DNA of 64,000 nt from Haliotis rubra (lineage: Eukaryota): contig NW_025765148.1 of assembly GCF_003918875.1 (NCBI RefSeq), forward strand, positions 62,001 through 126,000. Reading direction: 5' to 3'. Positions 12,449-27,100 of this stretch are shown piece after piece. Within the stretch, counting starts at the first letter, position 1, and each line of letters opens with the position of its first letter. Below the pieces are notes generated by a model. It was not told the origin of the DNA. It was given only the letters and a program-made list of their open reading frames with translations, and searched no databases. The position numbers and the translations under genes were made by a program.

Positions 12449-12930
12449 TATAGAACAAACTTTATGGATAACAACTTCTTTTATTCGTGAGTGCGACGTT
12501 TCGATACAGATTCTTGTACCGATGTCAAGCATAATGGAACATGAAGAAGGGGGAAGTGTATATATACTGGATATAACAATGTAACAAAGAAAACAACATA
12601 ATTAACATAATTGGCTAGGCAGAAAGCTGATGAAGCCAGAGAGTAGACAAAGGACAGGCGTGGAAGCCAATGATGTACAAATAATAATGAGATGTTTATA
12701 CAGCAGAGTTTATACAGTAGATTGGGCTTGGTGGATGAGTGCATCATAAGCGGATGGAATGAAGTATCCTTGGTCTCTGTTGATCAAAGCAAGCCCCAAT
12801 CATCAAATAGAGTGGTCTGACATCACCATTCTCTCCAACAAACAAACAGACTTCACTAAACGCAAGCTCACCGAAGCCATCCACATCAAACGCCAAAAGC
12901 CCACCATCAACAGAAACATCGGGTGAAAGC
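12449..12930. mobile_element. Penelope-like element remnant: inverted pLTR plus GIY-YIG C-terminal fragment
   Basis: 12449-12630 is the reverse complement of 62318-62497 and contains a hammerhead motif; + strand about 12860-12925 reads RKLTEAIHIKRQKPTINRNIG. Confidence 0.8.
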
Positions 12931-13289
12931 AGAACATAATTTGTCACCCAGGTACACGTGTGTGCTCTCAGATGTGCTTGGAGGCATTCTTGTGGAAAAC
13001 TGTGGGAACCTTATAGCCGAGCGAATACAATGTATTCTTGAATTTAATAGGTGCCCAGGAAACATTTCACTGCCGTTTGGTTATTGATAATGAGCGAAAA
13101 TGGGAGTGTACGCACAGATTAAACAATTACAAATGTAGCGCCAAATTTAGGCCCAAATTTATTCTACAATGCAGTTGGAAACACGAAATAGGATATAGAA
13201 ATGCAGACAATAACAAAATACGTGTTAGCCTTTTGATAAAATTACAATTCTAATATTTAGCATTAAATACATTAATCTGCATCCGATGA

Positions 13290-13550
13290 GACGGACACGC
13301 TAGCCGCGCACGTGTATTTTGCGCCGCACACACAAAATAACTGTTACACGAAATAATACGCGCGATATGAGATGGTGTACCACGCGATAAATATAGCCCG
13401 CCACCGCGGTCTCTTGACGAGAGGGAAAAGCGACAAACACGCCAACCCCCCAGTTCACCTTAACTTCCGGTTTCTTGCTGCGGCGGGAATTTTACATCCA
13501 TCAACTTTGTTTGCATACTTTTTCCATCTTACACGTGCGTGTATGTAAGT
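13290..13550 (+). promoter_or_regulatory. Putative LRWD1 promoter and non-coding first exon
   Basis: Locally CpG-rich; ETS-like ACTTCCGG at about 13463; strong donor GTAAGT at about 13545. Confidence 0.45.
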
Positions 13551-15153
13551 ATGTTCCTTTACACAGAGTTTCAAAACAATAATTATGTGTCAGATCAGAA
13601 GTCCGGCATATGTTTATCGCATGATTCATTAATTTGGTAAACGTAGCGAACCGCCGAATGTCGGAATTAGGGGTGTTGTGGCTTCATGATAGATCATCTT
13701 TCATTTTCAGCTTATCCGAATTTCCTCGATAGATCAACTGTACAATATTTAATTACCATGTTTGGGCATCCGGGTATTCACTAAATGAATGAGACCCTGT
13801 GTGCGATCATGCCGATTCATGGCAATCGCAGTCGGTGGCGTTCGAAATATATTGAAAAAATAAGGAGTATGTACACCATATGTTGAAAAATTATCTGTTG
13901 CCCTGCCCCACACCCACCCCTAGTAGATCTATACATGTGTACATTGCTGGTCCCCCTACCTCCCCAGAACAAAATGGGTGACCACGGTGACACATACACA
14001 CGCACACAATCATCATCAGCAAAATTATGAACGGTCCCTTACATTCAAACATCTAAAGGAATGCAGCATAGTCATCATGGTCATCATAGTAAAAATTAAA
14101 TGTCAACATTTTGGACCCTGGATTTACAGTGAAGTGTGTCTTAAAACAAAAAAATAACCATGACCATTCGTGGGCCAGCAGTCCTGAAGGTACTACACAC
14201 CACATCACCTGTCCTGGCCCAAGTGCACGGTGGTCAGTTAATGGAGAGCCTGGCCTTTGTGAGACAGTTGACTGTAAGCATTGTTGATGGAGGAATTGCC
14301 TTTGTTATGTAATCCCTGCTTATAATTAAGAATGTATCAGACAACTTACCCCAAACCCGACATAAATGATTTTGAATACCTCTAGCCAGGGGTTATGTTT
14401 AACAGAGAAACAACCAAACTCAGGCAGGGGCTACAGGTGGAAATTTGATCATTTACAATTCCATTGTATAAAGTTTAATGGTGAGGTTGTCATGGTTACT
14501 ATGCCCATGGTAGTTAAAATGATCATGTTAAGACTGCCTATGATATGTTAGGCAAAGTAACACCTCATAAAACCAACTTCCTAAAGATTATATACCAGGC
14601 ATGGTACTGGTAGATTATGCTGTTACCACGGTATGGTACGTGTTGCGGTACAAAGCCTTCGGTTCGGTATATGAGATATGATCATAATGCAGAAAACTGA
14701 CAACAGAGCTTTACAGAAATGTGTAGATTTTGACAAAATGATTCAATTTCTAGACATTTTAGAAAAGTTTTTAAATGGTTAATAAAATAACAAGTACGAA
14801 AACCGAAATTCCAAAATACCACAGTTCTACAACTGCTAATACTGCGGTATACCATTTCACCCCTAAGGCATGGACACACATCAGTCATTAACCATCTTGA
14901 AAATATGGATGATTCCACATTGTCCACCTGTCTGTTTTCATGATTTCAGAAAATGGGTCAGTTCAACGTTTTTTAATGATCCACTTGTTTGATACTATGA
15001 AGTCTATGAAAACCCTATTTGTCAGTCTCACCATCAAACAGTTGATGGTTACGGTCATCGACATTACAAAGAGGCAGGGTGGGTATTCAATCCTTTTAAT
15101 AATACAAATAATTCATACAAGCTGAGTGTTTTATACTTGATTTGTAGTCAAAG

Positions 15154-18100
15154 ATGAGAGATCGGTCACAGTTGAAGAGAAAAGCTCCATCAGGAAAGAC
15201 AGAATTGGTAAGAAGAGTTAATCATGAAGACGACTTGACACTTTTAAATCCCACATGGAAAGGTGTAATTTCCATTTGACATTTGGGGATGTCCTTGTAG
15301 AACACCATATCAATGTATAAGTAACATGTTAACTTCTTTTCTGTATCAATACAAATTTATCAATATTCTTTCTTACCTTATTATTCTCTGCCACAGAAAT
15401 GTCTATATTTATTAGGATTATCATGGCGGTGGGTAATGAGAAGTAAGAAAGCATTTATCCCCTTGAACGAAGTTCATCATGTTTGTTGTTAGCTTTGAAT
15501 TGATTCACTGCAACTCTCTGCATCAGTCATTTGCATCTATACACATAATGATTACTTTTTGTCCCCCCGGCATGTAATGCGAGGGGATATAGTAGATGCC
15601 TCGTTCGTCCGTCGGTCCGTAATCATTTTGTTTCCGGAGCATATCTAAAAAAATGTTCAATATTTTTCAACAGAACTTGGTAGATATATCAAACAGAACC
15701 TGAAGTGGTGTCTTTTGCTATTAACAGATTTTTGGCATTTTTATTTTTTTTGGTTTCCATGGAAACGAATTGAACTTAGTCTCAAAAGGAGGGGTGACCT
15801 TCGTTTCCAGAGCACAACTCGAAAACCGTTCAATATCTTTCTACAAGACTTGGTAGATATATCAAAGAGAAGCTAAAGTGGTGCCTTTTGCTATTTACAG
15901 ATTTTTGTCATTTTTGTTTTTCCCGGTTTCCATGGATACGATCGGACTTAGTCTCAAAAGGGAGGGGTGAGCATCGTTTCTGGGGCACAACTTGAAAACC
16001 GTTCAATATCTTTCAACAGAACTTGGCAGATTTTACGAGGCAGATCTTTAAATGGTGCCTTTTGCTATCAACAGATATTTGGCATTTATGTTTTTCTTGT
16101 TTTCCATGGAAACGTTTTGGACTTAGCCTCAAAAGGGAGGGGTGGGTTTCGTTTCCAGAGCACAACTTGAAAACTTCTTAATATCTTTCAGCAAAACTTG
16201 GCAGATATGTGAGGCAGATCCCAAAGTGGTGCCTTTTGCTATTTACAGATTTTTTGCATTTTTATTTTCCCCGGTTTCCATGGAAATTATTCGGACTTAA
16301 AAAAAGGTAGGGGTGAGCTTCGTTTCCGGAGCATTATTCGGGAACCGTTCAATATCTTTCTACAAGACTTGGAAAATATATCAAACAAAAGTTAGAGTGG
16401 TGCCTTTTGCTATTTACAGATTTTTGGCATTTATGTTTTTCATGATTTCCATGGAAACGATTTGGAATTAGTCTAAAAAACATCAAGCTGGATACGGTAA
16501 CTGTCAGATGATTCGTTCTTTCATATTTGTGGGAGCCGGGGAGATATGTCATCTTCTGATGACTCTTGTATTATCAAGTGATAATTCATGATGATTATTG
16601 TTACCTATGATAACAGTAAGAAGTTGTTGTGTTGCAGACGGTTACGTATACTCTGTTATCACTGTTGCTGTTCCAGCCGCCAGTATCAGACTTCGAGCCT
16701 GTACATTTCGTGAGATGTCACTCTGCAGACAATGACCCCAATAACAATGTGGCGAAGGTGTGGCGATGTGCGTTTGAACCAGTAAAAGGGAAACCAAGTA
16801 GGTGCAGAGTTGCTTGCCTTGCCCACACAGGCAAATTGACAGTTTTGTCATCTTAATTGTATACAGTGCTATTTGTCAATTTCCAAGTTTAAACAACAAT
16901 TTAACTAGAAATCTGTATGTAAAGAATTCAATGTGAAATCAACAAACAAAGAAATGTTACACGTTAAAATACGTTAAAATATGGTATAGTCCTGGCTGTC
17001 CCGTGAACTGTGTCAATATTTTAATGTTAGTTTGTTAAACAACATTAATATTTTTAGGACAAAAATTCTGCAAAAACCTCACAGAGTGGGTATGATGTTT
17101 TGATTATGATCAGTGTTTCATTGAGTATGTTGTGATTATTAGTTTTCGAGTTAGATTGCAATTCATCAGTCCGCTTTTGAGCCAAACGGACTATACTTGT
17201 TGGTCCCTGCCTGGCTGGGGACACCAGAAATGGCTTAACACATTGTGCCCATGTGGGGCATTAATGGGTACAACAAGGACTGGTCGGCATGGAGTCAGTA
17301 TACTGTGTCTGAGGGGTATTCATGCTTAACTGCAGCATGGTATCTCAGTGGGCTAGCACTATAAAACCAGCTTAGTCTGGACTAGTACAAGCAGCCACAT
17401 ATACACGCATTGACGCATGCACGTCGTCATATGAGCTTAAATATTCTTAAGTCGCGACGCTGATCCCCATTTCACCTCACCTCACCTCACTACTCTGAAG
17501 ACTTAGTATTGTAGAATTCTGCAGGTCTGCAGACAACATAAAACGTCCCTAGCTCTCCACTACAGACAACATACAGCCTTTTGAGCTCTCCAGTTGAGCT
17601 CACACCCATAACAAAGTGACCCTCTAAACTCACCAACATTTTCTTGTAGATGAAAGCGGTCACATTCTGGCAACCTGTGGCAGCAACATCGTGTGTTTCA
17701 TTGACTGTGTGACAGGGAGAGTCCTCCGCAGATACAAGGACACAGACCAGACTGAGGTAACCAAGGGCAACAGACAGATTTACCGTTACCGTTGCCAAGG
17801 ATAAAACACAAGGGCTACTTATCATGTTAAAGGAGAATCTGAACGAAAACAAAACTTTTGATATATTGTACAGGATATTCTAAAAGTCACCTTCCGTGAT
17901 GAAAACTGAACAAAAAGTTTGTAAAATAGCAATAAGAACACAAAAAACGTACTCGTATTTCCGCCTATTATGGAAACACCTGACAGTTAATGAGCAGAGG
18001 TTGCATCACGTGACATGACGTTATATGTGCCTGTTGCTGATGGCTGCCTCTTTGATTTTACCTCACAACTTAACAGTGTCCATGGATTCTGAAGCAGTAA

Positions 18101-21100
18101 AAGGTGATGTCATTTCTGACATGGATGGTAGACCGTATAAATACAATCCGATTTTACATCTTGCAAGAGAATCTTCCAGTGAAGATGATGAAGAAGAATC
18201 AAGCGAAACGGAGACACCGCTTGAGTTCAAAATAAATTTTAAAAATATACCTTATCATTTAACAAGAATACTATTTGACAGCAAAATGTGATACAGTCCC
18301 AGCCAGCAAACCCACCCCTATAAGTATATGACCAGTCCCTAAGAATTATATTTTTTGCAGTGTTTGCAGTTCCTTTTTTGTCAAATGGGTGACTGTAGAG
18401 TGTCTGGGATTTAAAAACACAATAATTATGCTTCAGACGGGGGAAAATAGAAAATAATTGCTACAAAATTTACACTGAGTTATTTTGTTGAAAAAAAATT
18501 AGGATCCTAGTTCTCATTAATAACGTAGCAAGTCTCCACACAAGATCCCAGCCTGGTCGAGCAGAGATAATATTTGCGACGCAGATAAGTTATTCCCTGA
18601 AAGCTGGTGAATTATAAAATACTTGTCAGGACAATGTATGTTTCCCCAGTGTTTGGTTGTGGAAATAGTTATGGTACTCGGCCATAGCCTTAGAATGGCA
18701 TCTTGTCAGCCAATGTGAACACACAACAACTTTCACGGCACACACTACTGACAAATAGCGAGTCTGATGCCGACATGCGTAATTGGACAAAATGAGAAAC
18801 AATGAAAGCAGCAAGTACTTCATGATTTGCCGTTGTATTCAGCAATGTTTCGGGTAGACTGCATCATTTAGGGCTCCAAACTGAAAAGAACTTCATAGCT
18901 AACAGTTTCAAGCTCATGTGAAATCTCTTACTGATTTTGATAACTATCTCATGGGTTCCAGTGGAACTGCCCCAGCTACAAATGCCCCAGCAAATTTGGT
19001 CATTCATTCTAATTAGGTCAAATTTATTTTAAATGATTAAATATATGCCGTAAATGCATAGTTTTTGTCAACTTTGATATTATGTTCTTCATATAAAAGT
19101 TATTGAGAAGTAATATTTCTGATAAATGTTCCATTAGTAAACTCATACCTATGTATATACTTTTATATGAAGAACATAATATCAAAGTTGACAAAACTAT
19201 GCATTTATGGCCTATATTTAATCATTTTAACTAAATTGGGGCATTTTAACTACACCCCTGGGGCAATTTGACCAAAACTCCGGGGCAATTTGACAAAATT
19301 TGCTGCCCCTCGTGTGCTTGTCTCTTTCATATGCGTCTGACTCGGAATGATCGGACCATTTCTCCTGCCTAATTCTGTCTCTTTACTTGGAAAACGGAAG
19401 AAATGGTGGCTTTCCATTGTTTGATGATTCCGTGCATCCCCAGGCAACAGAATACACCATCGTACCATTTACAAAAACAACAGAAACAACACGATTTGTA
19501 CTACTGTAGCGCTAGGTCTTTGGCAATATGGCGGACTCCAGGCACATTTGACGTCATGAGCGGAAAGGTTACGTGGTTTCCAGCGAAATATGCATAATGG
19601 CCGAAGCTGAGATTTACAGAAACTGTTTTCGCGACTAAAACATAATTATACATAATTTTTAATTGAAAATTTGGGAATATGTTTCTGATGACTTTATCTT
19701 TCACCCAGCAAATTATTGCAATTCACTTGTATTTTTTAATCTGTCAAAACATTCTGACAGAAAAGTTTTTAAAATTTTCAGTTTTGTACAAAAGCAAACC
19801 TTTTTGAAAATCAGTCTGCTTGCCTGAGACATTTTTTCAAAGCTCAGGGACAGGGATGGACATGACTTCCTTTGAATATGGAAACGGTTGATTGTCCATC
19901 ACATACACAGGCAGCATGGGACTGTGCTCATGACATTCATAATATCAGTCACTTGGTTTGTCAGATCAAAACTTGATCATCGACAGGTCACCATTATACA
20001 GCTGGAATATTGCTAAGTGAGCAAAATGTGTGTAGCAGAGCTCTTCATTATCCCTTACATGATGTAGGAGTAGGGTCACTGGTGGCTGAGTGGGTCGGGT
20101 GTTCAGTTGGAACAGTATACATGATGTAGGAGTAGGGTCACTGGTGGCTGAGTGGGTCGGGTGTTCAGTTGGAACAGTATACTCTGGTTTATATCCTCAC
20201 ATGGGAACAATGTGAGGCCTTCTCAAATGTGATATTTTCAGTTATAGCTAAGCATGTACCTGCTTCCTAATATTGTTGCACAAGAGTAAACATTGTTGAC
20301 ATGTCAATGGTTGAATTAATCTGCAGACATTCTACACGCTAGCATGGACGACAGTACCTTCCCAGATAGATGCACGTGAGACAGTCAACATCCTGGCAGT
20401 TGCAGGTGAGTGAGGGTCATCTCCATCACTGGGACTTAACTACTTTGTCACTTCCTTTTGTGGGGGTATACTGAATGAAGTGTGTATCCTTTAAATTCAA
20501 AATGTACTGCTAAATACATGGACTGGAGGTCCCATGGGACATCAAATTAACTCTTGTTTTGTTTTTGTAGCATGCTTTGTTTGTTTGTAGCTTGACTGGC
20601 ATTCAGTAATATTAGATAGATAGATAGGTAGATAGGTAGATAGATAGATAGGTAGGTAGGTAGATTTATAGGTAGATAGATAGATAGGTAGGTAGGTAGG
20701 TAAATAACTGGGTTTGGACCAGTCTAACTACTAAAATTGTGTCTCCACAATTGTCCAAGTCACCAAGCTTGAACTTCAGAACCAACAGGTCACCTTTTAC
20801 AGCGGGTATATGTAGAGGATTGTTTATCCCATGTCAGCTAAAACCTCTGCAAGGTTGTAGTGTATACATTACTGGATTATTTCAGTGGTCAGTAGGTCTG
20901 TTTTAGATTTGGTACGGTCATTCAGTGTGTTTTGTTTCAAACAAAGGCAGAACCCCAGTGAGTAGTGCAATGCTTCAGGGTAAGTGCATTGTTTATAGGA
21001 GCTAGGAAACATAGTATATAACTTGTCACCACTTTGTAGCCATCAAAAGTTTGAAGGGTCATCTGTGACTCAAGTCTTCATGTCTCGGACTCTCAAGGCA

Positions 21101-24100
21101 GCCTGAGACTCATGAAGGTCTGGATTAGAAGTGATCTTCAGCAACCTATGCTTGTCCTAAGAGGCGGCTTACGGGATCAGGTGGTCATTATGCTGGCTTG
21201 TTTGACACATGTCATTGTATCCCCATTGAGGAGATCAGATCAATGCTCATGCTGTTGATCACAGGATTGTTTGGTCCAGACTCGATTATTTACAGACCAC
21301 AACCATATAGCTGGAATACTGCTGAGAGCGGCGGAAAACAACAAACAAAATAACTTCGCCTGAGGTTTTTGTAAACACACAAACAGAACTACCCATCCAG
21401 ATCACGCTGTTGACGTGAGTGTTATTGCCCGGGGTTTGTTTCAGGGGAGGGTGCTGCCATCAAGCTGTTGCATCCTCACCAACTGGTCATGTATGGCACA
21501 CTTAGGGGCCACAAGAAGTACATCAGTTGTCTCCTCTTCCATCCCAGAATCCATCACTACCTCTTCAGTGAGTATTGTGACTTACAGACTTGGTTATTGT
21601 CCACACTTCACAAGCGTGTATACACTTGTTCTTCCATCACCTGTGAATACATACCATTGATATATGACGATGGAGTGATGTGTGTCTATTCTTAGCAGAC
21701 AGTGAAGTTAAAGGAATTTGAGAAGATTAGTCGGTACCACTGATGATGATATTCACAGTATCACTGGTATAATCCATCCCCTGTACAAACTTATTGGTAG
21801 CTATGTCCATGCAGGAGACAAGTTTTTATGTAATAGTTTTTAAACTTTGTCATCTATACTGTAATGTAAAGACAATTCTTGGCAATTGATTTAAAATATT
21901 TGTTTACCATGTAAGAGATTGATTAAAAATATGTACTTGGAGCTGTCACTGAGCATGTTTAAGGTATCAAACATGGTTTGTACTGCTGTAAATCAGCTGA
22001 TGTTTAGGGTATCAAACATGGTTTGTACTGCTGTAAATCAGCTGATGTTTAGGGTATCAAACATGGTTTGTACTGCTGTAAATCAGCTGATGTTTAGGGT
22101 ATCAAACACGGTTTGTACTGCTGTAAATCAGCTGATGTTTAGGGTATCAAACATGGTTTGTACTGCTGTAAATCAGCTGATGTTTAGGGTATCAAACATG
22201 GTTTGTACTGCTGTAAATCAGCTGATGTTTAGGGTATCAAACACGGTTTGTACTGCTGTAAATCAGCTGATGTTTGACTCCAGGTGGCAGTAACGATGGC
22301 TTTATCATGATGTGGGATATCGGCACCCCAGACCTCGAACAGAACAGGACAGATTTCAAGTAGGTTATAAATACATCCAGTACTAGAAGGGTAACAAGTA
22401 CTGTATTAGGATGGGAATTACTGTACTGAGGCAACAAGTACTGTACTGGGGCAACAAGTACTGTACTGAGGTAACAAGTATCGTACTGAGGTAACAGGTA
22501 CTGTACTGAGGTAACAGGTACTGTACTGAGGCAACAAGTACTGTACTGAGGTATTAAGTACTATACTGAGTTATCAAGTACTGTACTGGGGTAACAAGTA
22601 CTATACTGAGTTATCAAGTACTGTACTTGGGTAACAAGTACTGTACGGGGTAACAAGTACTGTACTGGGGTAACAAGTACTGTACTGGGGTAACAAGTAC
22701 TGTACTGGGGCTGTACTGAGGCAACAAGTACTGTACTGAGGCAACAAGTACTGTACTGAGGCAACAAGTACTGTACTGAGGTATCAAGTACTGTACTGAG
22801 GCAACAAGTACTGTACTGAGGGCAACAAGTACTGTACTGTTATCAAGTGTACTGTACTGTGTATGAGTACTAACAAGTACTGTGTACTGGGGTAACAAGT
22901 ACTGTACTGCAACAAGTACTGTACTGATCAAGTACTGTACTGGGGTAAACAAGTACTGTACTGGGGTAACAAGTACTGTACTTGGGTAACAAAAGTACTG
23001 TACTATACTGTATCAAAAGTACTGTACTGGAGGCAACAAGTACTGTACTGGGGCAACAAGTACTGTACTGTACTGAGGCAACAAGTACTGTACTGAGGGT
23101 ATCAAGTACTGTACTGGGGCAACAAGTATTGTACTGGGGCAACAAGTACTGTACTGCAGGTACTGACAACAAGTACTGTACTGGGGCAACAAGTACTGTA
23201 CTGAGGTAACAAATTGCAAAATTACTGGGGCAACAAGTACTGTACTGGAGCACAAACAAGTACAAGGCACTGTACTGAGATAACAAGTACTGTACTGGGG
23301 TAACAAGGGCTTACTGAGGCAACAAGTACTTACTGAGGTAGCAAGTACTGTACTGATGTAAAAAGTACTGCACTGGAGGTAACAAGTACTGTACTGGAGG
23401 TAACAAGTACTGTACTGGAGGTAAGAAGTACCTTACTGCGGGTATCAAATACTGTACTGCAGCAACAATTACTGAACTGAGGTAACAAGTACTGTACTGG
23501 GGTAGCAAGTACTGTACTGAGGCAACAAGTACTGTAACAACAAGTACTGTTCTGGGGCAACAAACTGTACTGAGTACTGTACTGGGGTGGGGCAACAAGT
23601 ACTGCACTCAAGGTAACAAGTACTGTACTGGGGTAACAAGTAGTGCACTGAAGGTTACAAGTACTGTACTGAGGCAACAAGTACTCTACTGAGGCAACAA
23701 GTACTGTTGTGAGATAACAAGTACTGTACTGAGGCAACAAGTACTGTACTGAGATAACAAGTACTGTACTGAGGATAACAAGTACTGTACTGGGGTAACA
23801 AGTACTGTACTGAGGCAACAAGTACTGTACTGGGGTAACAAGTACTGCACTCAAGGTAACAAGTACTGTACTGGGGTAACAAGTACTGCACTGGAGGTTA
23901 CAAGTGCTGTACTGGGGTAACAAGTACTGCACTCAAGGTAACAAGTACTGTACTGGGGTAACAAGTACTGCACCGGAGGTTGCAAAGTGAGATAGCAAGT
24001 ACTGTTCACAACAAGTACTGTAATGGGGTAACAAGTACTGCACTGGAGGTAGCAAGTACTGCACTGGGATCACGTGTACTGCACTGGGGTAACAAGTACT

Positions 24101-27100
24101 GTAATGGGATAAGTACTAATGTGTGATTGTACTCGCTGGTCGATGGTACCATGTTTATGTTGTACTCACTAGTTAATTGCAATGTTTCGGTGTTGTAGAC
24201 CACTACTAAAGATCAGCGTCCCGGGGTCTGAGGCCCTCAACCTGGAGTACAGTCTGTCTTCACATACGCTGCTGGCGGCGTGCGAAGATGGCTGCTTCGG
24301 GTGGAGCATGGAGTCAGAGTTAAAGGACATCCACAAGCGCAGAACAGCCAAAGTCATCATGTAAGACTTGAGTAAAAGTCAATTCATTAGGAAAGGTCAT
24401 AAAAATATGGTTATGTTAGGTTACTGTCACAGGAACAGAAACCAGGCAATATGGCTTGACCTAAATGCAGAACTCGGATCTTGTCTTTCATCATTACAAG
24501 TTTTGTTCTTATCTTGAAATATATCAACTAATGATAAAAAATCATGACGTAATAAAGCTCGGAGATGTTTGAAGAAATCCTGTATTTTCGAAATCAGACA
24601 GCTTTTTAAAATCTTTGTGCTGATTTTGTAAAATATCACAAAAACTTAAATGTGCATTTTCAAAGTGTTTCAGTTAAAATATATAAGATAAATTCACATT
24701 ACCAACCTAATAAAATCCTTTAGTTCTTGATATGTATGTGTCTTTGTTTCAGGTCATCTACCTATAAGTTTGACCTTCAAAGCCAGTCGGACACAGTCGA
24801 TGGCCTTGCCCTTCTCCCGGGGGATGTAGTAGGTGAGACCATGTTGACACAAGACAGTCAACGTATATCTGAAATACACTACCTTAATCCTGACTAACAA
24901 TGACTGAAGAAATTATTGTTAATTTTGTAATGTTTTTTTAGTGGGACTTTTTATTTGGTGGAGGGAAATAAAATGTTTTCAAGAACGTTTTACAGTCTTT
25001 GACTTCTATCAGGTGAAAGACTTGATTGGTTTCAGAGACCAAAATTCATCATGACTTAGTTTTCTCGCTGTCAGCCACAAGCTTGTCTTGACACAGCCTT
25101 GTTGCCTTTGAGACTGCTGTACTTTAGCTCTTAATGTAACTTCTCTGTCTCCTGTATCTGCAGCTACCAAGTGTGTTGGTTCCGGGTCGGTTCTCTTGTG
25201 GAGTCTACAGGACCATGTCAGGTCAAAGGCCAAGAGGTCAGGGTGCATCAAGGTTGAACCCCTGGCAGAGCTTGAGTACACTCACACTGATATTGAATAT
25301 CTCAACATGGGATATGGTGGAGGTATGTATGCTTGTGTGTTATGTATGTTGTATCAGCAGGTCGTTATTCTTCATATTGACATACCACCCTCACTCCCAA
25401 GGTGGGACTAGGGACGAGGTATGTATGCTTGTGTGTTATGTATGTTGTATCAGCAGGTCGTTATTCTTCATATTGACATACCAGTAGGTATGTATGCTTG
25501 TGTGTTATGTATGTTGTATCAGCAGGTCGTTATTCTTCATATTGACATACCACCCTCACTCCCAAGGTGGGACTAGGGACGAGGTATGTATGCTTGTGTG
25601 TTATGTATGTTGTATCAGCAGGTCGTTATTCTTCATATTGACATACCACCCTCACTCCCAAGGTGGGACTAGGGACGAGGTATGTATGCTTGTGTGTTAT
25701 GTATGTTGTATCAGCAGGTCGTTATTCTTCATATTGACATACCACCCTCACTCCCAAGGTGGGACTAGGGACGAGGTATGTATGCTTGTGTGTTATGTAT
25801 GTTGTATCAGCAGGTCGTTATTCTTCATATTGACATACCACCCTCACTCCCAAGGTTTGACTAGGGGTGAGTGAGCCTTGGTTCACAGTTTGGATCAGGT
25901 GGCCCGTGTGGTTTTAGTCAGTTACCATGGCCTCTTACAGATAGTTTTGTTTTAGAAGATGTGTATTCCTCACTTTTATTGTAACTTTGAATTATTTAAT
26001 TTTTAACTTACCTTACCTCATGGTAATGTGCATATTACCTTTTTTCATCCGATATAAAGATTGGAAACGTGATCGATAAGTATCCTTGTTGAATGCTATC
26101 ATGAAACTGGTGACGTGTCGATCTCGTCTGGTGAGCGAAAGCACGCCCCCCAATCCCGTCATGTGACAACGAGAACACGTCACTTTATCCTTTATCGCAC
26201 TGCAAGTTGGACGTGTGTACAATATTTCTGTTTTTTCTTTTCTTATTGTATTCTTTGTGGTTAGTTCATGCCACGGGTTTACTGCAATCAGTGCAAGTCT
26301 CCGAAGTCGGCTTTAGACCCCCATCCTGCTTGCCCAGATTGTCTGGTCGACTCAGTGTGTACTTGGACCTCTCGGTGCTCGTTTTGCCGGCACTTACCTT
26401 CCACCGACTTTAAAGCGTTCTTAGCTGCTCGGAACAAACGTTTTACTCAAGGCAAGCGCCTCATGTCTTCTAACGACGCCTCTGAGACTCCTCAGGTTCC
26501 TTCGACACCTACGGCTCAGCTGGGAACGTCTCTACGCCTTCAGCGGACTGGCGATCTACGACTTTGCCTCCCCGCCGGTCCTCATGTCCGTAACGCTCCA
26601 GAGCGATCCTCCTCACACAGGTCCAGATCGACAATACTGGACAATCGTCCATTGTCCAGAGATGACCAGCGAATCGGCAACGCTCCCGTCAACACTCCCC
26701 TCAACCTTAACCAAGCCATTCACCTGCATGGGATGCTCAGCGTTCTCCCAAGCGCGCAACGGAGTGTGGCGCTCGGCGTTCTTCACCTAGACGTTTCCTT
26801 CGCCGCTCCGGTTTTCCCAGGCGCTCTCCTGTACAGGACGTTCGGCGCTTCTCGCCTAGGCGCTCACCTCGGTGTTCACCTCGGAGACAACTTTCACCTC
26901 TTCATCGGCGTTCGCGTTCCTGATCACCTTTGTATAGGTCGCGGGATTCCTCGTCTCTTATGTCGGAGGCTCAGTTTGTTCCAGATTACGAGGAAGAAGA
27001 CAACCAGTGTCTGACGCATTTGGGCATGGAGAGTGTTTACGCCTGGATAGCTGACAGACTTATCACTTGCCCGTCTCCAGGGTTGGATATTCCTCGTGCT

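Noticed and set aside
18025-18291. 88-aa acidic ORF as an LRWD1 exon or separate gene
   Set aside because: The LRWD1 frame is complete without it; more likely a transposon remnant.
21919-22293. 124-aa repetitive ORF
   Set aside because: Translation of the intronic tandem array.
22378-24118. CRISPR-like appearance or repeat proteins (QYSTC, STVLV)
   Set aside because: Contiguous minisatellite with no unique spacers and no cas genes, in a eukaryotic intron.
25494-25874. 126-aa repetitive ORF
   Set aside because: Translation of the 96-bp array, in a different frame from exon 9.
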